The position numbers were made by a program, and so were the translations under genes. From a virus: DNA of 64,000 nt. Positions 1 through 10,100 of this stretch are shown in pieces. The stretch spans positions 1 through 64,000 of IMG/VR virus record IMGVR_UViG_3300021964_000023; one strand, written 5' to 3'. A model generated the notes under the pieces. The model did no database searches. It saw only the letters and a list, made by a program, of their open reading frames with translations, and was not told the DNA's origin. Positions within the stretch are counted from its first letter, which is position 1, and every line of letters begins with the position of its first letter.

Positions 1-3000
1 TCTCAAAACAAGGGTCTAATTTCTTCCGTTGATGGTATAAGTTCAAAGTATTTGATTGGATCAAACAGTATCACTAGAAAGGGGTGGTTAAAGGATACTG
101 GTAAATTGAATAGATTCTTCCAAAGAATGCATGATAATGATTATTATCAATATTTCTCATACTCAGTTAGATCTTCCATATCATATGAGAATTGGAATCC
201 TATTGTAAGTAATCTTAACCATACTGCTGGATTTAAAAAGTTTAGTGAGTTGATTATCGACTCTTATGATCCAACTATAACTGGTATTCAAACATCTCAA
301 GACTTGAATAGTGTTATTGCAATTTCTGATCTGACGAATGTTGTTGATGTCAATACCGTTAGAGACTTTGATATTGGAAGAGAAAAAAGTATTGATGTTA
401 GTGGAAAGTTGGTATCTAATGAAATTCTATTTAACTTACCATTCCTTGCACAATATCAGGAGTTTATTGGAAATAGAGTATTAACTATTGATGACTTTAG
501 TGATCAGTTTGATGGAGAAAAAAGAGGATTTGAACTATTTACTGATAATAATCCAATTTTTGAGATTGAGTTCGATGGTAGTGATTCCAATCGCATTTCG
601 GTTGGGGAAGGAACAATTAACATTACAAACCATTACTTTGTAAGTGGTGAGCTTATTGAGTATACCCCACCAGGAAATAATAGAGCAAACGCTATTCAAA
701 TTCAAGAGACTGATTTTGGTGTTGGTATTGGAACTACATCTTTATTGCCATCACAATTCTACATCATAAAACAGGATAATCAGAAGGTTAGAGTTGCTAC
801 TTCTGCAACAAATGCACTTTTGTTTAACCCAATTGGTGTTGGATTAACTGGTGTTGGTATTGGAACAACACATATTTTCAGGGCAATTGAACCAAATAAT
901 AGACTTCTCGTTACTATTAATGGCACTATTCAGTCTCCAATGGTTGGAAGTGCAGTAACATCTGCATTGTCTGCAAATGTTGGCATTGGATCAACTCAGA
1001 TTGATGTTGTTGGTATCACATCAATCTTTAGTGGAGATCTTATTAGAATTAACGATGAGGTCATGCTTGTAGCAGGATCTAATGATATCAACAATACGTT
1101 GACAGTTAGAAGAGCATGGATGGGAACTGATGAAACATCTCACAGTTCTAATGAAGTTATAACCAAACAGGTTGGCAATTATAGTGTTGTTAATAATAGT
1201 CTTCACTTTATTGAAGGTCCATGGGGGAATCTGCCTGTTGGTCTTGGAACTACGGCACAGGATGCTGGTGACGTTGATTACACTGGTTTAACAACTAGCT
1301 CTAGATTTAGTGGTCGTATATTCTTAAGATCTGCACTCAACCAAGCATTTACTACTAGCTTCCTTCCAGCGTATGACAATAACTATGTCTACGATGATAT
1401 TTCAAATCAATTCAATGGAATCAATACATCATTTACACTGAAGTATAGAGGAAATGATATTGATAATGTTTTTGCAAGTAATACTATCATTCTAATTGAT
1501 GATATTTTCCAAGGACCTCAAAGACTGGGTAATGTTCTTACAAATATTGAAGGTGATTATAAGTTAGAAGCAGGTGGCGGACAATTAAATCTCGGATTTA
1601 ATGGCGAAGTTACTGATCCATCGAATCACAATGATATTAATGTGAACAAAGTTCCTAGAGGTGGAGTTATCGTCAGTGTTGCTTCAACTGAAGGATTTGG
1701 ATTCCAACCTCTAGTTTCTGCTGGTGCAACTGCTCTGGTATCTGCAGCAGGAACTATTGCAAATATTTCGATTGGTAATACTGGTTCTGGATATAGATCT
1801 GGATTACAAACAGTATCTGTGGGTATTCAAACTGCAAGCTATGGTCCCGCAAATATTACTCCGATTGGAATTGCAACTGTTGTTGATGGTCACGTTGTTG
1901 GCGTTGCCATTACAAACTCTAAGGTCTTTTATGCCCCCAGAGAAGTTGCTAACATTGGATATAGCTCAGTAACTGGTGTTACTACAGTTACAACAACTAC
2001 TCCACATAACCTCTCTCTTGGAAATGAGGTTCAAATTGTTGGAGCTGCATTTACTTGTGATTACTATCCACCAATTGACGTAACCAATGCACTTTATGAT
2101 ACCACAACTGGTATTATGACAGTTACTACTGGAGTATCTACATTCACCGTAACTGATTTTACATACGATAATACCACTGGTCTTGCAACAGTAACAACAT
2201 TGGAACCAATGAAGATTGTTCCAATGACTGCAATCGGAAGAAGTTTTAGTCTTGCTGGTCTTGCACTTTCTTGTGTTGGATATGGCAATACAGTTGCAGT
2301 TTATGATTTCCAGTATGACAATACAACTGGATTGGCAACAGTATTCACTACTGCAGATCACGGTCTTAACGCATCCGATGACTTTAAGATGAGAGAACTT
2401 ATCTTTAGTTGCAATGTTGGAGGTCCTACAGGTTATGGTCAAACATTTACTATCACGCAGTTCCAGTATGACAATGTTACTGGTCTGTCTACAGTTACTA
2501 CTTCTCAGCCTATTATTGGTGTTATAGGAATTGGAAGTGATATTAGATTAGACAACTTAGAATTCACTTGCCCTGGTGGTTCTGGAATTACCACAACTAT
2601 CTTCCCAGATGGTACTCAAGGAAATACATTTACAGTTACTAATGTAACTGCATCTGATAAATTTGAGTTAAATGTTGGTATATCTACTATTCAGCATACT
2701 TATGTTGAGAATGATGCTGGCCAGGTAACTGCTGGTCTTACAACAACTAAATTCCCAGACGGTTCTCAAGGATACTTCTTTAATGTTAATAGTGTTGGGA
2801 CAACAACCTCCTTCACTGTAAATGTTGGCGTATCTTCTATCTCTCACGCATATGTATCTGGTGGTGTAATCCAAACAGGTATTACAACTAACATCTTCCC
2901 AGGAAATGCTCAAAACTCTCCTCTTGGAGATGTCTTTAGTGTTACCTCCGCACCAGACTGGTATACACTTACATTTAATGTGGGAATTTCTACAATTCCA

Positions 3001-5568
3001 CATACTTATGTAAATGGAGGATCCCTCACCTTTGGACACAAACTCAAAGTCGGCACTGATGTTGCACTTACTGGACTCGCTTTTACTTGTTCATATGATG
3101 GTGGAGTCGGTATTCTTACTCATCCAAGAGTAAGTGATCCAACATATTGTGGAACACAAGTTACTAGAATTAATAGTATTGATGAATTTGAAATTAATGT
3201 TGGTGTAAGTACTGCTGAGTCCTTCTACACTTCTGGTGGAATTGTTGAAGAAATTATTATTGCTCCAAGGCAGATTAATAACTCACCAACAGGTCAAGAT
3301 CCATCTGCAAATGGAACAGAAATTGTCAAGATTATTGATGATTACTCGTTTATTATCAATTCTGGACCTTCTCCTTACACTCATCAATATAAGAGATGTG
3401 GTGAGGTAAGAGTTCCTGTTGATGTTGTTATTGATGCACCACTCTCATACTATAATGTACCACTAATTTATGCAGATGGAAACACTGGATTTGGAACTGG
3501 TGCGACTGTAGATCTTGTCCCAAGTTTAGATACTACAATGTTGAATTTTGAAGTTAATAACTTTGGATATGGATATGGGTCTGGAGAAGTACTAACCGTT
3601 GCTATTGGCGGAACAACGGGCATTCAAACTACTGGCACTGCAAACTATAAACCATTTGAATTGACTATTGATCGTGTCTTCCAGTCTAAGTTCTCTGGAT
3701 GGAACGTCGGTGAATTTATTGTTCTTGATAAAATTGATCCATTCTTTAATGGTGCTAGAAGATTATTCCCACTATCTGTTGATGGTGAGAGTATATCGTT
3801 CTTCGCTAGATCAAACTCTGGTATTAATCTAGAATCCAACTTGCTTGTATTCGTGAATGATATTCTCCAAACACCTGGAGAGGGATATCAATTTACTGGT
3901 GGTAGTACCATCAGATTCACAGAAGCACCAAAGGGAGGTCTTGCTGGATTTACTACAACAGGTGATACAGCAAAAATCTTTATGTACACTGGCACACAAA
4001 CGATTGACGTTCGTACTGTAGATGTTCTTCCTAGCGTTGAGGTTGGCGATGAAGTTCAACTTTATAGTAATCAGGACACTACATTTACGCAAGATCCTAG
4101 ACTTGTAATGGATATTAAGGCAGCAGACAAGATTATCACAAATAACTATGCTGGTCAAGGTGTGACATTAAATGAACTTTTTGAAAGACCTGTTTCTTGG
4201 TCTAAGCAAAAAGTCGATAAAATTATCGATAACGTCTATATTGGTAAGGATAGAGTATATTACGAGCCAGTAATCAACCCAAATACTAATATTATTAGTA
4301 ATGTTGGAGTTGCAGATAGTTATGTATATGTTTATGACATTAGACCACTATTTGATAATCCATTTGAAGGAATTTCGGCAACAGATAGATCTGAAGTTGA
4401 GATTATATCTCAAGAAAGATTGGAACCAGCAACTGCAACTGCAGTCATTGGTGCTGGTGGATCTATTGCAAATCTCCTTCTCACTAATCCAGGATATGGT
4501 TATACTACTTCCCCAGAAGTAACAATTGCAAAACCATACGGCGATGGTACTCAAGCAACTGGTGGTGCTGTCGTGGGTGCAGGTGGTACTTTGATCTCAG
4601 TATCGGTAGGTGCAGGTGGAACCAACTACTTCTATGGTCCACTGTCCTCCATGACAGTGAATCAACAAGGTTCTGGATTCCCACCAATTGACACCTCAAA
4701 TAATGTATTCAGAGGAGCGAAACTTGCAAGTGAAACTGGTATAGGTAGAGGAGCAGTTGCTGATATTGAAATCAGTACATTAAACTTTGAAGTTGCTTCT
4801 GTCAATATTAAAGAAGGTGGAGCAAATTATCAGGTTGGTGATATTTTATTCGTAGATACCTATGATAACGTAGGTTTGGCAACAACATCTAGACAATTTG
4901 CTCTTACTGCACCTATAAAATTTGCTGTTGCTAGTATCGAATCTCCTCCAGTATTGATTGCACCACCGCAAAGGAGACTGGAAGAATTTAGATTTGTTAC
5001 TTATGAGGGAGACTACGGACTAGTTGTTGGTGTTGGAACAACTGTTATTGGTGCGGGTACTAGTATAGGTGCAGTCTTTGATCTATACATTCCCATGGAT
5101 TCTGAGATAAGACGTGGTTTAAATATCACTCTTCCAGGAATTACGACTGGTGACTTATTCAACTTAACTAGAACTAACTTTGTAAGTGCTGGTCAGACAT
5201 CACTCAGTGCTGATGGTTCTGTAATTGGCATCTCCACACTTCATGGTGATATGACTTATGAGTGTATTGATTACTATACAAAACAATCAGTAATTCCTGC
5301 AGGTATAAATGGACTCGGAACAACTGTTGGATTTGGAACAACCGTTACATCCGTTGTTGTTGCTCTCCAAAGTGCGGGTTCAAATAATGTTGTTGGTCTT
5401 GCTACAACTGCACTGTATGGACACTACACATGGGGTAGAGTTGGCCTTCCAGTAAGAATTAAACCTCAAACTTGGACAGCAGAGAACAATGGTTCTCAAT
5501 CTGGTATTGGAACGAACCCAATATTAAGGCGTAAAATACCACTCAAATATCTTGGTTACATTACCTGA
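1..5568 (+). CDS. Large baseplate wedge/structural protein (gp7-like position), 5'-truncated by the window
   Basis: Frame is open from base 1 (the track start at 52 is an internal TTG). Gly/Thr-rich beta repeats and GxGY motifs; directly precedes gp8. Confidence 0.7.
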   Translation, partial: SQNKGLISSVDGISSKYLIGSNSITRKGWLKDTGKLNRFFQRMHDNDYYQYFSYSVRSSISYENWNPIVSNLNHTAGFKKFSELIIDSYDPTITGIQTSQDLNSVIAISDLTNVVDVNTVRDFDIGREKSIDVSGKLVSNEILFNLPFLAQYQEFIGNRVLTIDDFSDQFDGEKRGFELFTDNNPIFEIEFDGSDSNRISVGEGTINITNHYFVSGELIEYTPPGNNRANAIQIQETDFGVGIGTTSLLPSQFYIIKQDNQKVRVATSATNALLFNPIGVGLTGVGIGTTHIFRAIEPNNRLLVTINGTIQSPMVGSAVTSALSANVGIGSTQIDVVGITSIFSGDLIRINDEVMLVAGSNDINNTLTVRRAWMGTDETSHSSNEVITKQVGNYSVVNNSLHFIEGPWGNLPVGLGTTAQDAGDVDYTGLTTSSRFSGRIFLRSALNQAFTTSFLPAYDNNYVYDDISNQFNGINTSFTLKYRGNDIDNVFASNTIILIDDIFQGPQRLGNVLTNIEGDYKLEAGGGQLNLGFNGEVTDPSNHNDINVNKVPRGGVIVSVASTEGFGFQPLVSAGATALVSAAGTIANISIGNTGSGYRSGLQTVSVGIQTASYGPANITPIGIATVVDGHVVGVAITNSKVFYAPREVANIGYSSVTGVTTVTTTTPHNLSLGNEVQIVGAAFTCDYYPPIDVTNALYDTTTGIMTVTTGVSTFTVTDFTYDNTTGLATVTTLEPMKIVPMTAIGRSFSLAGLALSCVGYGNTVAVYDFQYDNTTGLATVFTTADHGLNASDDFKMRELIFSCNVGGPTGYGQTFTITQFQYDNVTGLSTVTTSQPIIGVIGIGSDIRLDNLEFTCPGGSGITTTIFPDGTQGNTFTVTNVTASDKFELNVGISTIQHTYVENDAGQVTAGLTTTKFPDGSQGYFFNVNSVGTTTSFTVNVGVSSISHAYVSGGVIQTGITTNIFPGNAQNSPLGDVFSVTSAPDWYTLTFNVGISTIPHTYVNGGSLTFGHKLKVGTDVALTGLAFTCSYDGGVGILTHPRVSDPTYCGTQVTRINSIDEFEINVGVSTAESFYTSGGIVEEIIIAPRQINNSPTGQDPSANGTEIVKIIDDYSFIINSGPSPYTHQYKRCGEVRVPVDVVIDAPLSYYNVPLIYADGNTGFGTGATVDLVPSLDTTMLNFEVNNFGYGYGSGEVLTVAIGGTTGIQTTGTANYKPFELTIDRVFQSKFSGWNVGEFIVLDKIDPFFNGARRLFPLSVDGESISFFARSNSGINLESNLLVFVNDILQTPGEGYQFTGGSTIRFTEAPKGGLAGFTTTGDTAKIFMYTGTQTIDVRTVDVLPSVEVGDEVQLYSNQDTTFTQDPRLVMDIKAADKIITNNYAGQGVTLNELFERPVSWSKQKVDKIIDNVYIGKDRVYYEPVINPNTNIISNVGVADSYVYVYDIRPLFDNPFEGISATDRSEVEIISQERLEPATATAVIGAGGSIANLLLTNPGYGYTTSPEVTIAKPYGDGTQATGGAVVGAGGTLISVSVGAGGTNYFYGPLSSMTVNQQGSGFPPIDTSNNVFRGAKLASETGIGRGAVADIEISTLNFEVASVNIKEGGANYQVGDILFVDTYDNVGLATTSRQFALTAPIKFAVASIESPPVLIAPPQRRLEEFRFVTYEGDYGLVVGVGTTVIGAGTSIGAVFDLYIPMDSEIRRGLNITLPGITTGDLFNLTRTNFVSAGQTSLSADGSVIGISTLHGDMTYECIDYYTKQSVIPAGINGLGTTVGFGTTVTSVVVALQSAGSNNVVGLATTALYGHYTWGRVGLPVRIKPQTWTAENNGSQSGIGTNPILRRKIPLKYLGYIT

Positions 5569-5574
5569 TAAATA
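5568..5574 (+). promoter_or_regulatory. T4-type late promoter (ATAAATA)
   Basis: Matches the gp55-type TATAAATA box, 26 nt upstream of the gp8 ATG. Confidence 0.7.
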
Positions 5575-5600
5575 GATCATAGAAAAAGTTCTTTCAACAA

Positions 5601-7184
5601 ATGGCAGCAATTATAACTGACTTATTGAGAGTAAATAACGCTAGGAACTTTATTGAGAAAATTAGGGACGCTAATAGATCGTACTATACGTTTATTGGTC
5701 TCCCTAATGCCTCAGAAGTTGCTTCGTCGTGGGATACTTCTCCACCCGCTCCAAGAGATTGCTTCGATGATACCAATACTTATTGGGACACGATGCTTGC
5801 TCTCAAGAAAATTTCTGCTGATGACATTCGACCTGTTGTAAGAAAGATCCAGTGGGCATCTGCAACCATCTATGACATGTATCGTCATGATGTAAATCGC
5901 AATAATTTGTCCAAACCTTCAAATAAGACAAGCTTATATGCATCAAACTATTACGTTGTAAATAGTGAATTTAGAGTTTATATATGCTTGAACAATGGTG
6001 TTGATCCAGAAAACCCAAATGGAAAACCGTCTCTCGATGAACCATTGTTTACAGATTTAGAACCAAGATCTGCTGGTACTAGTGGTGATGGATATATTTG
6101 GAAGTATCTTTATACCATTAGTCCAAGTGATGTTATTAAATTTGACTCCCTGAATTTTATTCCACTTCCAGTTGATTGGGAAACTAACGCAGATTATCAA
6201 ACTGTTAGAAATAACGCAACTACAAGTGGACAATTAAAAACTATTCTTGTTACAAATAGAGGTTTTCTTGTTGGTCCACCAAACTCAACTTACTCTAGAG
6301 TTCCAATTAGAGGGGATGGAGAGGGTGCAGAATGTACTATTGTAATTAATAATGACTCAAAGGTTGAGTCAATCACTGTATCAAATGGTGGCAGTGGATA
6401 TACTTACGGAAGTGTTGATTTGGTGGGTGGAAATGTCCCGACTGGATCAACAACCCCAACTTTTGATGTTATTATTCCACCTCCAGGTGGTCACGGAGCT
6501 GATGTTTATGCAGAACTTGGGTCTACTAATGTTTTAATTTACTCCAGAATTGAAAATGATGAGCAAAATCCAGACTTTGTTACTGGAGCATCTGTTGCAA
6601 GAATTGGTATTGTAGAAAATCCAAAAGGATTTAAGTCTAACACAATTTTAACTGACGATAGGGCAAGTGCCCTATATGGACTTGTTCTAAAAGGTCAAGC
6701 ACCAAATCAAGACGACTTTAAGTCAACCACATTTGAACCAAATACTGTTATTACACAAACAGTAGGAACTGGTGTTACTGCTGTTGGTAGGGTTATTTCA
6801 TACAACGCACAAACTGGAGTATTAAGATACTGGCAAGATAGAGCACTTGTTGGATTTAATACTGATGGTACACAAAGATCAAATCCTGAGTATGGATTAT
6901 CTCAAAATAAATTTACTTCAACTCTCCTTCCTGGAGGATCATTAAAAATTGTTGGTGGAAGTAAAGAACTGTTTATTGACGAAGGATTCGGAACTGATAC
7001 TAATCCAGGTATTAGTACCGTCATAAATAATAGGACATACTACCTGGGACAAACTTATATTAAGGGTGTAGCAGATCCAGAAGCAGAAAAGTATTCTGGA
7101 ACCATACTTTATGTTGATAATAGACCATCTATTACTAGGTCAGTAAACCAAAGAGAAGATATCAAAGTTATTTTGCAATTCTAA
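5601..7184 (+). CDS. gp8: Baseplate wedge subunit gp8
   Basis: YVVNSEFRVYICL, DGYIWKYLYTI and C-terminal ILYVDNRPSITRS..QREDIKVILQF are typical of T4-like gp8. Confidence 0.9.
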   Translation: MAAIITDLLRVNNARNFIEKIRDANRSYYTFIGLPNASEVASSWDTSPPAPRDCFDDTNTYWDTMLALKKISADDIRPVVRKIQWASATIYDMYRHDVNRNNLSKPSNKTSLYASNYYVVNSEFRVYICLNNGVDPENPNGKPSLDEPLFTDLEPRSAGTSGDGYIWKYLYTISPSDVIKFDSLNFIPLPVDWETNADYQTVRNNATTSGQLKTILVTNRGFLVGPPNSTYSRVPIRGDGEGAECTIVINNDSKVESITVSNGGSGYTYGSVDLVGGNVPTGSTTPTFDVIIPPPGGHGADVYAELGSTNVLIYSRIENDEQNPDFVTGASVARIGIVENPKGFKSNTILTDDRASALYGLVLKGQAPNQDDFKSTTFEPNTVITQTVGTGVTAVGRVISYNAQTGVLRYWQDRALVGFNTDGTQRSNPEYGLSQNKFTSTLLPGGSLKIVGGSKELFIDEGFGTDTNPGISTVINNRTYYLGQTYIKGVADPEAEKYSGTILYVDNRPSITRSVNQREDIKVILQF

Positions 7185-7190
7185 AGGATT

Positions 7191-10100
7191 ATGCCACAAG
7201 AAACTAATCTCAACGTATCTCCTTATTTTGACGACTTTGATCCAGCGAAGAATTACTACCGAGTATTATTCAAACCTGGTCTACCAGTCCAAGCAAGAGA
7301 GTTAACGTCACTCCAAGCAGTTCTCCAAGATCAAGTTGAGCAGATTGGAACCCACTTGTTCAAAGAGGGTTCTATTGTTATACCTGGACAGATCAACTAT
7401 AATAACACTCTTTTTGCTGTAGAAGTTGAACCAGAATACTTAGGTATTCCCATTGAGAATTATGCAGACGATCTTGTAAATGTATACATTAGAGGACAAA
7501 ACTCTAATGTATTAGCAAAGATTGTTTTTTATGAAGGAACAGCAGCATCTGAGCGTGGATATTACACATTCTTTGTAAGTTATGTTGGTGCTGGTAATAA
7601 CGGAAAAGATACTTTTGACGACGATGAGACTCTTCTTTTAGAAGATAATTTATCCACGGCAGTTGTAAACTTCCAGAGTGGTCAAGGATTTGCAAACACA
7701 GCACCAATCAATTCCACTTCTATTGGTTCTGCAGTATTTTTAACTGAAGGTGTTTATTTCCTTCGTGGAACTTTTGTAAAAGTTCCCTCTCAAACTCTTA
7801 TCCTTGATGCACATAAATCCGACCCATCTTATAGAGTTGGACTTGAAATCTTTGAGGAGGTAATCTCTTCTGGTCAAGATAATACTCTTACTGACAATGC
7901 AAAGGGATTTAATAACTATGCTGCTCCTGGTGCAGATAGACTTAGAATAAGTGCCCTTCTTGCAAAGAAACCTTTAGAATCTGATAAGAGTGAAAATTTT
8001 GTTCAGTTGATGCTGATCAGAGATGGTGACTTACAACATATTCAAGATAGAACACAATATAACGAGATAGCAGAAGAGCTTGCTAGAAGAACCTACGATC
8101 AATCTGGCGACTTCTATGTAAAACCATTCTCTATTCATGCCAGAGAATCTCTCGATGATCGTAAAGGTAATAATGGTATCTTTACAAAAGATCAATTAAC
8201 ATACAATAGCAATATTCCTAGTCCAGATTTGGGGACCTATAAAATTTCCCCAGGTAAGGCATTTATTCGTGGTTTTGAAGTAGATTCTGGAACAGTCCAC
8301 TATCTTGATTTTGAAAAGACTCGATCTATTAAAACATTAAAAGAGCAAGCAGTTAACTACTTCACTGGTCCAACTCTAACTCTTAATAGAACATTTGGTG
8401 CTCCTAGAATCGGATTTAGCACATCCTCTACAATCAGTCTTAGAGATTCTAGAATTGGAGTAACAAGCACAACTGCTGCTGGTAAAGAGATTGGTATTGC
8501 TCGTGTATATGATTACGCATTAGAGTCTGGTTCTTACTCTAGTGTAGCGTCTGATATTAATGAGTGGGATATCACTCTATATGATATTCAACCATATACT
8601 GAGATTAGTCTTAATCAAGCAAGTACACTAAATGTACCTACTTATATTGAAGGTAAGTCTAGTGGAGCTACTGCTCATTTAAGATATAATAGCACTACTG
8701 GTATTGTAACTGCTTATGGTACTAAAGGTTCTTTCTTAAAGGGAGAAAAATTAGTATTTAATGGTGTTGATGATGGAAGAATCTCAACAGCAGTTACTGA
8801 ATACAGCATGGCTGATGTAAAGTCGCTGTTTAGTAATGTTGGTGTTGCTCAAACCTTTAATTCTGACGTTAAGCAGTATTCTAAGTTAGAATTTAGTGGT
8901 ATTACTATTTCTCCCAAGTCTGGAACTGCTCCAGGAATTTCCACCGTAACAACTTCCGAACAAGTATTCACAAATCTTGTTAAATCTGGAGACTTAGTAT
9001 CTTTCACAAATAATCTTCTTGGAAGTACTTCGATTAAAACTTATGCAAAAGTTGATAGTGTTACTGACGCTAATAATATTGTTATCTCTGGTATTACTAC
9101 AGTACCACTTATTAATGACGGCGGTTTGCCAACCTCAAGCATTAATCCCACAGACTTTAAGATCCTCGGTTCAAGATTCCAATCTTCAACCGACAATACT
9201 TTATACACTCCTCTGCCAAAAGAGTTCATCTCCTCAGTAGACCTTACAAAATCGACTATTTCTATTAAGAGAGAGTTTAATGTAACTATTACTGCTAATG
9301 CAACCAATACTATTCAAGCGGGAGAGAATGAGACTTTCCTTGCATATGATGAGGAACGTTATGTTCTTATTAATGCTGAAGGTGGATTTGAAGAGTTATC
9401 TGCAGATAAATTCAGATATACTAATGGTGGTAGAGAGTTAAGAATTTTTGGTCTTAGTTCTACTGGATCTGGACGCTTAATTGCAACTCTTAAGAAGACC
9501 AATGTAACTAATAAAGTTAAAAATTCTATTAAGACAAACTCCATTATTGTTAATAAATCCAAACTGTCATCTTCTGGCATTGGATCAACTACTCTCAATG
9601 ATGGACTTGCTTATGGTTCTTATGGTTATGGTCTTAGAGTTCAAGATAAAGATGTTTGTCTTCTTGAGCCAGACGTAATTAAAGTATATGGTGTTTTTGA
9701 ATCCAGTGATACTGGAGCACCAGTTTTACCATCTATCAGTCTGTTTAATTTAAATGGACCAACAGGTAAGACTGATGACTTTGTTCTTGGTGAAGAAATT
9801 GTAGGTCAAACTAGTGGTGCTATTGCACTATATGTTGAAAAACCAAATTCTTCTAGTGCAAATTTAGTATATCTAAATGATTTGCGCTTTGAAATTGGAG
9901 AATCTATTCTTACAGAAACCACAGGGATTACTGGAACAATTAATGACTTTGATCAAGGTGATGAAAATATTCTTAATAGATTTACTTTAGATTCTGGTCA
10001 CAGAGAGACTATTGTTGATTATTCTAGATTAATTAGAAAACCAAACGCTAAAGCACCTAGAAGACAATTAAGAGTCGTATTTGAATCTGCAGAATATAAC

